A stretch of DNA of 64,000 nucleotides. Origin: Hormiphora californensis (taxonomy: Eukaryota > Animalia > Ctenophora). The stretch covers positions 1,736,001 through 1,800,000 of the forward strand of contig CM035356.1 in NCBI GenBank assembly GCA_020137815.1, given 5' to 3'. The notes beneath the pieces are model-generated. The model ran no database searches and had not been told where the DNA came from. It was given only the letters and a program-made list of their open reading frames with translations. Of the stretch, positions 1-12,797 are shown one piece after another. The number at the start of each line of letters is the position of its first letter. Positions within the stretch are counted from its first letter, which is position 1. The position numbers and the translations under genes are program-made.

Positions 1-421
1 ATTAAACATAATCAGTGCACCCATGCTGCACATCAAATTAGCCATTAGGGCTTTTGATAACAAATCCGGCCTCGCTATTACTCTGCCATTTTCAACCAAT
101 GTTGTTGAACATTTTCTCAAACATTCGACAAAATAAATCGCTGAGTCTTTACTTTACTACTTGTCCCTATTCGACACGTCTTACTTCATATCATAACCAT
201 TTGATTGTACGATTTTAACATACTTGAATGATTGGTAACGTACAATGATTGATAACATACAATGATTGATAACATACAATAACTACCGCTTTAGAAAGTG
301 GTAAATGGTATAACGTTTATCCGTTAACCCCGGTAGTGAACCATTTATTTTTAACACTATTAAGCGGTATATTAAATGTATTGATTATTATTATTACTCA
401 TCTAGCTGATTTTCCGATGCC

Positions 422-3400
422 ATGGCACGGCGATCTATCGGGAGGTACGAACAACACGTGAAGCGAATACGAACCTACGAAACGCCCGTTTCAGACTCAA
501 TAGTCCTATCAGCAGATGTCCCGACTCTACAGGAACTGTGTACCCACAAGATAGCCCGTGATGATGGGTACAGGGCCATTCTGGAAGGACTGCCACGCTT
601 TGGGAGTGTCAGCAACCCTATAGCACAGCTTCTACTAAAATATCTAGAGGAAGATCAACTGAGGGATCTAATAGCTGACGATAAATCATTCCTCAACCAG
701 CCCTCAATGTGCCAGATAAATGAGTTTTCCCTGAAGTTTTATCTCAACTTCACTGATCGCTTCGTCTCTTTTCTAACTCGACACAACCTAAAATCGTTGT
801 CTCTCTGCAACTCCTTCATCGACTACACTTCTCTCGACCAGCTCGCTCGACATCTACCGCATCTCGAGTACTTGGACATATCGTACTGTTTGCAGATCGA
901 GAGGTTTGATCCGGTCTTTAAGTTTGGAAATTTAACCTTCCTGAACCTGGAGAAAACGCATTTCAAATTGACTGCGATAACTGCACATGGATTTGTGTGG
1001 TAAGTGTGTCTCTCGGTTGATATTTGATGACAAATCATAATTACCAGATGGCAATTACGTATCTAAATCTTGACTAGGTCATACTAATTTTGTTTCAGGC
1101 TTAAAAATTTGCTTTGGCTTGGTTTATCGAAGTTAGGGAACCATAGCAACGACAGTTCACCACTTTCACTTCAGGTCAGTGTCATATGTACTAGTATTAT
1201 ATAAACCCTATATATGAACATTGGGTATGATATCCCCTCTTTCCTCTCCCTCCTGTGCTCATAGTGCTGTCCTCTTTCACGATATCGCACGCGCTACGTT
1301 TAGTTAGGGATAGGGGCGAGTTACTCATTCCCTCCTACAGCTCACTTCCCAAAAAGAGAGGGGACATTGTACCCAAATATGAACACTTTACAGATTTGAA
1401 ATTATCGACCTGTTTTCAGCTTCTCTCGTGTGTGAATCCTGGTTTACTTGGCCTGGATCTTAGTGAAACGTTTTGGGATCTTTCTCAACATTCTAAGCTA
1501 CTACAGTAAGCAACATTTTGTATATATACACGACGTGAATATATATTTACACACAATAGCACACTCACATTAAATCATATTACACACCTACTGCAGCACA
1601 CGACAGAGTTAAAAACTGGTGCACAATATGTGCAATAGGGTAAAATACCAAATAAACTGAGAACCTTACTTCATCGATTAAAACACTGTTTACTCTCAGG
1701 TTTAAGTCTCTAGAAATGCTGGATGTGTCGCAGTTCCCAAGATCAAGCAGTTCGGAGAGCCATGTCGTATTTGATGATGTGTTACAGTTGACAGTCAGCA
1801 AGATGACATCCCTTCGTTCTTTGGATATCAGCAAGTGTCTCACTCAGCGGGTTAGTTATAACTTGTTAGAAATACAGAGGGAGGAAGGTAGAGGGAGGAA
1901 GGTAGAGGGAGGAAGGGAGGGAGGTAGAGGGAGGCCGGAGGGATGTGGCGAACTATGGTCTCTCCTCCCCTTTAGTACGAAGCAGTAACGAGCCTATCCA
2001 ATCTGGATTTGGATTTTCTAGGAGCAGTTGGTATTCACGTTCCTGTAATTGTGTTGGAAACCCTCGCTAAAAAGGTTGGAAATAGTAAACTTGATTTCTT
2101 GCTCGACCCTCTCTCACAGCGTTTAAACAGTTGATTTCTTACTGAATTCTGCAAATTATCACTAGTATTACTTTTCATAATATTAGTTCAGATATGCCAA
2201 TAATAATAATATTATAATTGTCACACACATTAGATCACATACAGACCGGTGGTAGTTCACTCAGTTAGTGTAACGGAATACAAATATACAGGCTGCTGAA
2301 TGTGACAATGTGACATCAGGCTGACTGTGTGGAGGGCGCGGTCCACAGAGCAGTATAATTCTAGCGCGGGCTAATAAGGTCCATGTATGCGCGCACAACA
2401 CACATTGGACCTTTCGAACTGTTCCACTGTTTGTATCGCAACCCTCCTCAAAACAATAAAAAAACTTCTCAGTGTCAATTTCATTTCACTCACACGTCTC
2501 AAGCTATGTTTAATAACTTAACAACACCCTCACAGTATCGTTTCAAAAATTGTAGGAATGCATTAATGTAAATAATTCAAACTTAACACATACGGAAGGT
2601 GGCTTCCCAACTTATTTCACGTATCAAATATCAGGCTGACTGGGTACAATGTGACATAACGGCACGTTGATTGCGCGGGTCCCTAGCATTATTCGAGAGA
2701 AATGGGTCAAAAGGTCATTATACCCAAGCCTCGTACGTGGCCATGAATGAATTCTGTTTAACCATACATCACTCAAAAATAATCAACACTTTTTGCATTC
2801 AATATTATTCATCTCACCTAACTTAGTTAAAACCTTTAACACGACGTTGCGTAGTTTCACGATCTGAGACATTTTCAGACGTACGTGTGCATAATCTACC
2901 ATGTGGAATCGTTCTTGGCACCTATCCCCTTCACGAGTAGAACTGACTGGAAGGCAACTTGATAACATCAACCCGGGTTATTCATGCTCCTCTTTTCGTC
3001 TCTCTACATTCTGCTCCTCTCTCCGTCAGCCTCTCGTCCTTCAATACAATGTTATATATATCTATCTTTCTCTTCATCATGCGTTCTTCATACACTTTCG
3101 ACGTCTGTTCTCCTGACTCACGTCTCTCACATTACTCTGCGTGCTCGTTCTTGTTCGTCTGTGCCATACTCCTTCATGACTCCCTAAGCTGCTTTCTTCT
3201 ATCTGGTCATCTCCTATCTCTCCCTCTCTCCCCCTCTTTCTAGGTCTGATCTTTGCCATCTGAAATTGATCCTCTCTCTACTTCTATACCTCATTTTCTG
3301 TCGTATTCCCTGCTCTTCTAATCTCATACGACCATTAGTGACCACTCTTTCAAGTTACGGATAATTGACTAATTATGTAGAGAGATAATGGATCTACACT

Positions 3401-6400
3401 CTAACTGTACGATAATAGCCACCTATGATGAGCAGTAAACCCACATTGTCTTATAGTATACCAATTGCCAAGCTAGACTGCCTTTCGCGAGCCCCGCACG
3501 CGAAATGTAAAGGGAGGATTAGAACATAACAAGTATACCAATTGCTTGCCTGGCTAGACCCCCATTCGCACAGGTTTGAACAAAACAACCAATTGCAGGA
3601 GTTCCTCTCGCTAGAGATCACCCATGCTATGATGAGGATACTGGAGAAGTTTTGGTGTGACCCTATTTTGGTGGAGCCCCCTACAATCTCGAAGAGGTGC
3701 GAGGTCAGCCTACTCGCTCTAAACATTATCAACCGATACGTGTGCCAGGTATCCGAGGTAGGGTAGAGCTTGTGTGGCTCATCATTTTGTTTTAAAAGAG
3801 AGGGTTCTGTGAGGGTTCGGTAGTATAGATCAAGGCAGAGCTTGGTAGAGAGGAAGATATATTTAGTTGTCATATTGAGTCCCTAAGTGCCCGTCATATA
3901 TTGGCTGATTCCAAGGTCGGAAAGGGGGTAGCTGTACAACAAAATAACTTCTTCGTATCACCACTCCCTTCCACAGGCATCAGGCCCAAAAAAGGTGCAG
4001 TTTGGCAAGATGAAGTTGGTGGAACTTATCCTGTCTGTGTCACGATGTGTCTTCGAGTTGTTTAGGAGACAGATGCATGGTATCAGCATTCAAATGTACA
4101 AGATCTTGCTGGCACAGGCCTGGAGCATGCTTTGGAATATCACGGGTAATAATTAGTAATTAGGTGGTGATCATTTAGTAATTAAATAATTTGGTAGTAT
4201 CTAGGTAGTAATCATTTATTTATTGACTTATTTATTATTTATTATTTCCCCTTGTTACTCAACAACTTCACCCACGCGTGGTTCAAGATATTTCATGATT
4301 ATAAAAACATCTAAAACCAACATCTTTCAGATGAGCAGGCTGATAACTGTGACCGGTTTATTGCTGCTGATGGTCTTTTGCTTTATTATGAAACATTTAC
4401 AGCCTGTCAAACTGTGAGTAGTTGTTTCTTCGTGTACATGATGTTGTTGTTGTAGTGCTGCGATTCGGATTATGCACGCAGGCTCCCAGTCAACCCCGAA
4501 CCCCAAACACAACATTGAGACGTCATCTTTTCACCAAACTTCTAATTGGACACCAAGTAATGTTACACACAATTTATTTAGACGTCATTCCAACTTTCGT
4601 TTGTAAAGGTATAAATTACAAAACGAATACATTTTTATTCTTTTCTCATCACATTCAGTCTAATAATTGGGTAGTGTCTCCTGGTGTGGCTCACACCGTC
4701 TGTGAGGGTTCAGTAGATCAAGTGTCTAGCCAATCACCCAGTCAGAATCCAATTACTCCTCCTCGTCTCTACCACAGAGCCTCCTCACCACACGTTTCAC
4801 TACGCCCCACAGAGCCTGCCTCATACTGGCTTGTACCAGGATCAGTACCCAACTAATCAGTGTGGCATACGTTGCGTGGAGTAAGAAGAACAAGGTCATC
4901 AATAGTGCTTGACTTCCCATCCAGTGATAAAGGTGAAGGTAGAACGGTGGGTACCAGTCCGGGTTAAACGACCAGATGAAATTTTCAACATTCATCACCA
5001 TAACGAAGGAGAGGCAGAAGAGATCGACAAGAAGTGTGGAGCAGACTATTCGAAGAGTTAAGGCAATGTTTTCAAGTAGGGCAGCGTTACCACCATCAAG
5101 AAGGGGAGTGACCTCAGAATGATTGTAGCCAAACCGTCGGTACAAAACACTCAGATATACCATCATGGCAACAGAGATCACGATAATCATAGATTGTAAG
5201 AAGACCACTAGAATCCCAATAAAAAGTCCTGAGTAGTCAACTTTTACTCCGCAAAACTTTTTTAAGTAGCACACCCGCACGATGACAGAAACAACCAAGG
5301 CTCCAATCCAAATGCACCAAATTAGGGTTTTCAGCCGGTGACGTTGGACTTCATCTCTGTTGAAAATAGGCAAGGGTCGGACGATACACAGAAGTCTAAA
5401 GAGGTAAATGGATAGTAGGAGTGTAGGCCGAGCAATAGCCAAGACATCTATGAGTATGACAAAGAATGACTTGACCAAACCTCCTGTGTTCCAAGTGTTG
5501 CAAATGAAAATGAGGAAGGGGATGCTGATACACCAAATGATGTTCACAGCACAGATGTGCAGATAGAGGGTCGAGGTGATAGGGAGGTTAGTCCACCGGA
5601 GACATCGGGCAAAGATTGTCACCACCAGAAGTAGGTTACTTATCAGCCCCAGAACGGACATCGTTATGGTTAAGGGTTTGAGAGCATACCGAGCAAAGTC
5701 GCTCCCTGAAGATGTTACTGTTTCTGGATCAGACATCGTCGCACACGGTGCACCAGAAGGATCGTCAACCCAAAGTTGAGCCCGCAAAACAAACTTTTGT
5801 TGGGGGTGACCCAGGAGGCCTTCCTGAACATCCCCACGGTGAGAAAAGTATATGTTATCGGGGAAAATTTTTGTCAAAATCGAAAAAACTGGTTTTTGGT
5901 CCAAATTTGTGCATAACTTACTTGACTGCCGTTTGATGAAATATCTGATTGACATAAAATAAGTATACAAGACCTATTTTTGCACGAGGAATCGATTGCC
6001 GGTGGAGAAAAATCTCTAAAATGACCGGAAAATTGTCAAATATGGGAATTTTGTCATTTTTTTGAGGTTTTTGGCCCTTTAACCATTGAAAACGTTGAGA
6101 TAGGAAGTTGGCAATAGCGCCAATCGTTAAAATGGTCATTTTTCTACGGGATCCCAAAATTTCATGTATATCCGATTCATGGTTAGATTTTGGCAAACTA
6201 TTGAGATGTGCTTACTGAAAAAAGGATAACTTGATTTTCTCGTTTTTTGCGATTTTTTAACTTTTGAAAGAATTCCGATTGAAATGGCCAATCAGGGCCA
6301 TGCTAAAGTTGTTTATGGGACAATTTTCGACCAAAATCCAAGATTTCAAGCAAATCCAATGACAGATCATTGATTTATAGAAAGTTGAAATAGGCAAAAA

Positions 6401-9205
6401 AGGCCAATTTTTACCATGAAAACAAAAGTACACATTTTTTCTTGTCAATTTCCATCAACAACTGGTACCCTACCTATTTTTTGCACGTAGAATCGATTGC
6501 CGGTGGAGTGGATCCTCTTAAATGATTGGAAAGCGGTCGAAATGTCATTTTTTGGAGGTCCAAAAACTTCCAAAAAATGACATTTCGACCGCTTTCCAAT
6601 CATTTAAGAGGATCCACTCCACCGGCAATCGATTCTACGTGCAAAAAATAGGTAGGGTACCAGTTGTTGATGGAAATTGACAAGAAAAAATGTGTACTTT
6701 TGTTTTCATGGTAAAAATTGGCCTTTTTTGCCTATTTCAACTTTCTATAAATCAATGATCTGTCATTGGATTTGCTTGAAATCTTGGATTTTGGTCGAAA
6801 ATTGTCCCATAAACAACTTTAGCATGGCCCTGATTGGCCATTTCAATCGGAATTCTTTCAAAAGTTAAAAAATCGCAAAAAACGAGAAAATCAAGTTATC
6901 CTTTTTTCAGTAAGCACATCTCAATAGTTTGCCAAAATCTAACCATGAATCGGATATACATGAAATTTTGGGATCCCGTAGAAAAATGACCATTTTAACG
7001 ATTGGCGCTATTGCCAACTTCCTATCTCAACGTTTTCAATGGTTAAAGGGCCAAAAACCTCAAAAAAATGACAAAATTCCCATATTTGACAATTTTCCGG
7101 TCATTTTAGAGATTTTTCTCCACCGGCAATCGATTCCTCGTGCAAAAATAGGTCTTGTATACTTATTTTATGTCAATCAGATATTTCATCAAACGGCAGT
7201 CAAGTAAGTTATGCACAAATTTGGACCAAAAACCAGTTTTTTCGATTTTGACAAAAATTTTCCCCGATAACATATACTTTTCTCACCGTGGGGATGTTCA
7301 GGAAGGCCTCCTGGGTCACCCCCAACAAAAGTTTGTTTTGCGGGCTCAACTTTGGGTTGACGATCCTTCTGGTGCACCGTGCGCAAAGTTGTTGTCCATG
7401 TTGAAGAATACGGGGAGCAGTGAGCAGATATCGTATCAAAATAACTGATAGAAAAGAGGAAATGAAATGTTTAACCCCAAGTATGAGTCACGTGCAAAAT
7501 AAGTTGCATCGTGATTGTGCCCTGTATGACGGCGCCAGATGGGTCGCGGCGCCAGACAGATTGTGCCGCACCTTCTCAATAACAGATTTCACGGGGATTT
7601 CACCAAAAAGACATGATCTATCTATCTATCTATCTATCTATTTACAGAGTGCCTGGGCTTGCCAACGGCAAGCCCACATGGGACTATCGCAAATCGATAT
7701 CGCCGGCACTAGGAGAATAGCACCCTCCCCTCCCCCACCATCAGGAACTGACCACAGGCCAGGTTCGCATTATAGGTGGCGTCGGGTTCGGGAGAGTAAA
7801 CTCCTTCAAAAAGACATGATGTGTGTATTGCATCTATTAACAGTGTACCATTACACTTGCAAGGCAACTTGAAACTCAACATCACCCATACATCACTCCA
7901 ACCTTAACATACATTTAATTAACTAATAAATTAATTATCTCCCTAATTAACTAATTAATTATTCCCTGCAGTTGGACGATAGGCATGTGACCACGCTAAT
8001 ACGAAACATGTTGGGGCTCATGGGAAACATCGCAGAGGTTCAACACATTAGGGTAGGTGCCTACCTAGATAGATAGGTAGGGTAGGTGTAGTGGGTTTCA
8101 GGGTTTCCAGTTTCCACCAGCCACCTGTCATTGTGGCGAGCTATGCTACGTTGGAAGAGCCCGTGGACGGTGATATTTAACCATCTTACCAACTAACATG
8201 CTGTATGTTTTTATCAGGAACAGCTAACGACAAACGATCTATTGAATTCCTTCTTTCTGCTCCAAAACTTTGATGGGGAAACCTACAGTGTTGAAAGATG
8301 TGATATAATTGAAATACGGTACAGTGCTGCAGGTATACTGTCCTATATTTGTACCGATGGACCGGACCAATGGAGAACGGATTCCTTTACCTACCAGAAA
8401 ATACTTGATGTGAGTTTCAAAACATGCTATCCACTCTGTACTTGATGTGAGTTTCAAAACATGCTATCCACTCTGTACTTGATGTGAGTTTCAAAACATG
8501 CTATCCACTCAGAGTGGATAGCATGTTTTGAAACTCACATCAAGTACAGAGTGGATAGCAGAGTGGATAACAGAGTGGACCACTCTGTACTTGATGTGAG
8601 TTTCAAAACATGCTATCCACTCTGTACTTGTTGAGGTCCCACCCCTTTCTCAACAACCCCTTATTCAACAACTCTGTACACCAAACCGCTGTCTCACCAG
8701 AATCTAACTCACTATATCACGCAGGGTATTGAGACTGCCGTGGTATCATGGGACCACCGATGTAAGAGATCAATAAACTACAAATCCTTCAACCCAATTC
8801 TCAGTATCATTCGCTCTACAGCTCCATACCCCTGCAAGTTGTGGGCAGTATGGGCCCTAACCAACCTTTGCGAGTTTAAACCTAAGCGGTAAGTTATATT
8901 CCCGTTAGCTCGAATACCACTATAATTATACACTTCAATTCTCTGAGAATTGAGTAAAATAATGGTCGTGTACAAACAAGCCGTGTAACACAACCAATGA
9001 TAGTAGTGCCCCTTCCCTAGTATACAACTCATATTGTTCCAGGTTTGTCCCGATGCTGCGTAGGGACGGGGGAGTGGAGTTACTGGAATCTCTGAGACAC
9101 GAGACTCTTTGTCCTGGACATATCAGACGACTTGCAACACTGACCTTAGTGCAGGCTTATGATAAGGAAATCGGGAATGAAATTGAGGATCTGTCGGTGC
9201 GGTGA
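422..9205 (+). CDS. ZYG11/ZER1-family CRL2 substrate receptor (LRR + ARM repeats), multi-exon
   Basis: Exon 1 has a VPTLQELC BC-box-like motif and LRRs (LKSLSL, LEYLDISYC, LTFLNL). Later GT-AG exons (about 1976-2074, 3574-3757, 3978-4145, 4331-4413, 7972-8052, 8218-8409, 8725-8888, 9043-9205) give AWSMLWNITDE, NMLGLMGNIAEV, IEIRYSAAGILSYI, INYKSFNPIL and LWAVWALTNLC, typical of the ZER1/ZYG11 ARM region. Some middle exons are uncertain. Confidence 0.85.
4753..5736 (-). CDS. Intronless orphan rhodopsin-like 7TM receptor nested antisense in ZYG11/ZER1 intron 4414-7971
   Basis: From MSDPET onward there are about seven hydrophobic segments: GLISNLLLV (TM1), LLSIYLFRLLCIVRPL (DRY-equivalent TM3 end) and IWCIW (TM4). 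The first ~78 aa of the listed ORF are transposon sequence. The original start is probably the ATG at 7399. Confidence 0.7.
   Translation of the reverse strand: MSDPETVTSSGSDFARYALKPLTITMSVLGLISNLLLVVTIFARCLRWTNLPITSTLYLHICAVNIIWCISIPFLIFICNTWNTGGLVKSFFVILIDVLAIARPTLLLSIYLFRLLCIVRPLPIFNRDEVQRHRLKTLIWCIWIGALVVSVIVRVCYLKKFCGVKVDYSGLFIGILVVFLQSMIIVISVAMMVYLSVLYRRFGYNHSEVTPLLDGGNAALLENIALTLRIVCSTLLVDLFCLSFVMVMNVENFIWSFNPDWYPPFYLHLYHWMGSQALLMTLFFLLHATYATLISWVLILVQASMRQALWGVVKRVVRRLCGRDEEE
5744..7381. mobile_element. Non-autonomous foldback DNA transposon, Chapaev-like
   Basis: Inverted arms of ~810 bp around a ~12-nt spacer at ~6557-6568. Termini are CACGGTG...CACCGTG, with a 4-bp direct repeat CGCA at 5740-5743 and 7382-7385. 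Confidence 0.85.
8402..8630. repeat. 37-bp unit containing a splice donor: three tandem copies, one inverted copy, one further direct copy
   Basis: Unit TACTTGAT|GTGAGTTTCAAAACATGCTATCCACTCTG; the reverse complement is at ~8511-8560. Confidence 0.9.
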
Positions 9206-10113
9206 CAAAACTCAAAAACTTAACGAACTTTTCGATTTGATAGGATAATTTCACAGACTGATAAATATTCGTACTATTTATCCATGGTGACTTGGTTCCC
9301 CTTTGGTCGCGAACATGAGGGGCGCAACGTGCCCAAGGTTCCCCTGTACAAATGTTTTCAATTGTGAGGTCTTTAAAAAGTTATGAGAACCTAAATAAGT
9401 AGCTATTGAGCTTAACTATGGAAGTTTTTTATGAAGGAGAAGATGTTTTATGTAACGAGGTATTTTGTAGAGACATTGCATTCTACATTCTCCATACGCA
9501 CTTGTTACCCCATCTCTGTCAATGCTATTGCAATGGATATAGAAACATTATATTGTGCATTGGGCCTTCACTCTTTTAGTTAGGCTGGGAAAATACTATT
9601 TATTAGATGCCACACAATAACATGGTCTGTCCACGATTTCTTAAAGTAAATCAAATGAATGATCAATAATCATGATAATGATTAGTTAACTTAATTTATG
9701 TAACAGCGTTTTATTTTGAAAATAAACCTTCAAACTTCAATACTCAGTAATTAAAGTATACTTTATAAAGCTCGTTTGGATTTTTGAGTTTGGGCGGGGT
9801 AAAATGCCAACTCTAAAGTATCAAAATAATATTCATAAAGCGCGTGATTTATTTGCGCGTTCCAACATGCGCCGCGCAACTCATTCTTGAAATTGAAAAT
9901 CGCAAATTAAATCAGCAACTGTGAAAAATTCCGTGACTTTTTTAATTTTTTCAAATCTTCGCGGTTCGCCCCCTTCTTACGTTTCTAATGATAACTCTGG
10001 TTCCTGATAACATTAATCCCAGGTGCATTGAAAACGTCTAAAAATTCTCTTTTTAATGCACCCACAATGAAGTCTCTATCTTACCAGAGTAACAAGAGCC
10101 GCATAACAGTGCT

Positions 10114-10299
10114 GCTTGTAGTGGGAATACGGTGTCTGAATAATACGGTATTTGACCATTACGGTTTCTGAAATACATATGTATTTGAAATACATATATT
10201 TCGGTGTCACGTGTTGTCAATCTGGCGCTCTGATTGGTCTCGTCTTACTGTTTTTCACTGATACCGTGTTGAACCGATACTGTATTCTCACTACAAGCA
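10114..10299. mobile_element. Small MITE-like element
   Basis: Imperfect TIRs TGCTTGTAGTGGGAATACGGT ... ACTGTATTCTCACTACAAGCA. Confidence 0.5.
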
Positions 10300-10668
10300 C
10301 CCATGTTAGAAGGCTTGTGCCTTGTTAGTGGTGGGTGCGTTGATCTCTTATCAATTCTTCGCTTATTAAACACAGAAAATACTCGATGAGTTTGATGGAC
10401 CAGTTTGATAATTGCGTTTTAGAGTCTAAAACTTCTCAAATTGACAAAATTGCCCTCAAAAACCCCACCGGGGCTTGCAGCCCCTGGACCCTGCTTGCAG
10501 GGGCTCTGTCCCCTATACCCCCGCCGGGGCTGCGCCCAGGGGCGGCTCTGCCATGAGGACGATGCGTCCGCGTCCGCATTTTTACTTCGGATCATGGAGA
10601 GAAAAAGAAAAAATTCAAGGAAAAGGGTCAATTTTTCTCAAAATTTGATGTTTTGAATGGGATTTTTT

Positions 10669-10830
10669 ACAGTGGTCATCCGACATAATTGCCATATCTC
10701 GACGTGAACTTCGACGTGGAATTCGACGAGGAATAGCAGGCGTTCATAACTACAAACGCCTGCTATTCCTCGTCGAATTCCACGTCGAAGTTCACGTCGA
10801 GATATGGCAATTATGTCGGATGACCACTGT
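10669..10830. mobile_element. Perfect hairpin MITE with Tc1-like CAGTG termini
   Basis: Perfect inverted arms of ~76 bp (ACAGTGGTCATCCG...CGGATGACCACTGT) and a ~10-nt loop. Confidence 0.75.
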
Positions 10831-11378
10831 TAGTGTAATCTGCGTGCCACACAGGTTTTTTTGCCGTCGCAGTATTTGTTGATTCGCACGCTACGTCAAA
10901 ATAGCCGGACCATCCGCATTAGGTATTTCGACGGATCGCGCGAGTTAAAAATTTTTCGGCCGCATATTGGTCAGAGCGGCTTAAAGCCGCGCACCGCCCC
11001 TGGCTGCGCCACTGGACCCTGCGATGGGGGGTTTCACCCCCCATACCCCCTGACCGAGGCTGCCACCCCTGGCCCCAGACACCCTGGAGTCCAGGGCCTG
11101 GACGACTCGCGAGCCGCCCTGATATCGGTTACAGTTTTATAAACCCCTATGCCTTTTTGCAAAAGGCATCCGGATGAGGGCCTTCGGCCTTCACCCGGGC
11201 GAAAAATGTAACCTTTATCAATCAATCTCTTTAGGTCGGCTAAATGAATGATGGAAGACGATAGCGAGCCTCTCGTTCCTGTAAACCGGAAATTTATCAT
11301 CGGATTCGCCTTAATACTCCTCCATCAGCTTGTTCTATTTAGCCTCGCTTTTCCTGTTCTGGTTCGTGATATGCTATA

Positions 11379-12344
11379 ATGCTGCCCTTCACACCTGTTT
11401 CCTTTGTTCCCCGATCTGCAGTTTCTACTGACGCATCCCCTGATCACCCTGATGCTGCCCCACCAATCAACCGATCATCATCCACTTCCTCTGCGTCATT
11501 TTACCAGTCCGTTACAGCTGGCTCAAAGTCCATCATGAAACCCGCTGTACCACTACCAAAACCGGTACCTTCTACACAGGCAATAAAGTTATTGTACAAT
11601 CTAGTTTGTGGGGACAATGTTAGTGAGGTCGAGGATTGGGTAAAACAATATGTTAAACAGTCCTCTCCCTACCTTCCCGTATCTCATGTATTGGAGGATC
11701 AGAGTGGCTCGGAGATCGCCATGGCATGCATCTCACACAAGAGCTATCACTGCTTCAAGTTCTTTCTCCGTTTCCTTCCATCTCTTCTGACCAGGTCAAG
11801 TTACTATGGGAGGGGTTTGTGGGATTTTGTAAAACTGAGTGGAGATGAAACAGTGAAAGGACTGCTGGAATCCTTCCCTCCGGTAAAAGCAGAACCCACT
11901 CGGAAGTCTCGTGCCCCAAGGATGTACTGTTCTCTTTGTCGTGTTTATCATTCAGATCCCTCCCATGAGACGTCCATCTCCCATGTGTTTGCAGAACAGC
12001 GGGAAGTGCCCGAACTGAACCCACACCTTGATCCCGGGAGTGTGGGATACCAGATGATGAGAAGGGCTGGATGGTCCGAGGACCGGGGTCTAGGGCCATC
12101 TGGAGAGGGCAGGAAACAACTCATCAAAACTCATCTCAAAAAGGATAGAAAGGGATTTGGTACAACGGGAAAACAGACAGCAAAAGTGACACATTTTGAC
12201 GCTTATGACGATAAGAGTGTTGAAGGTATTTTTAAGAAACGTAAAATTAGTTTGAAAACTGAGGGTAAAAAGAAGAAAAATAAATCTGTAGAGAAAGGAA
12301 AACAGTGGGAAATTGACCTGAGAAGAGAAATGAATCAGTTATGA
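11379..12344 (+). CDS. GPANK1: G-patch and ankyrin repeat protein 1, intronless
   Basis: Ankyrin-like segment (DQSGSEIAMACISH), zinc-finger-like YCSLC..H..SISH, and G-patch SVGYQMMRRAGWSEDRGLGPSGEGRKQLIKTHLKKDRKGFG. Confidence 0.8.
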   Translation: MLPFTPVSFVPRSAVSTDASPDHPDAAPPINRSSSTSSASFYQSVTAGSKSIMKPAVPLPKPVPSTQAIKLLYNLVCGDNVSEVEDWVKQYVKQSSPYLPVSHVLEDQSGSEIAMACISHKSYHCFKFFLRFLPSLLTRSSYYGRGLWDFVKLSGDETVKGLLESFPPVKAEPTRKSRAPRMYCSLCRVYHSDPSHETSISHVFAEQREVPELNPHLDPGSVGYQMMRRAGWSEDRGLGPSGEGRKQLIKTHLKKDRKGFGTTGKQTAKVTHFDAYDDKSVEGIFKKRKISLKTEGKKKKNKSVEKGKQWEIDLRREMNQL

Positions 12345-12454
12345 GCTGTAGGGTTTAGCTTTTAAATCAGTCTTTACAAATTAAACATTCATTGAGGAAG
12401 TTTTGTTTTCTCCTTCCGGCTGGACAAATGAGTAGACGTAGATTTTATTGTAGA

Positions 12455-12498
12455 ATAACGCTATCAATTTCGGCGCACAGCACCATCTTCAGGCTATA
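12455..12498 (-). ncRNA. Minimal type I hammerhead ribozyme in the pLTR
   Basis: The minus strand reads ATAGC CTGAAGA T GGTGC-TGT-GCGCC GAA ATTGAT A GCGTTAT. This contains the catalytic boxes, stem II and a quasi-palindromic stem III. Confidence 0.75.
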
Positions 12499-12797
12499 AT
12501 ATACGGAATATACATGTTAGAAAAACTGTACACATACCAATCGTAAAATAAAAACTACTGGAAAATTCTAAAGCTAAGCTAATTTAGTGAAATAGTAAAA
12601 AGTTGAAAAACTACACGCGGGACTGAAAAATTATAAAACAAAAAGTAAAGACTAGGAAATAAACGGGGTTTAAATAGTAAAGAAATAAGATCAGATAGTG
12701 AAATAAGATAGGAATCACGCGACTGCTCAAAAAGATATCTAGCTAAAAATACTCAATGACCAATATGGCCGTTAGAAAATACTAAAAACGGATAATA

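Noticed and set aside
5918-7448. Mirror-image ORF pairs (92, 63 and 97 aa)
   Set aside because: By-products of the palindromic transposon arms, with no protein motifs.
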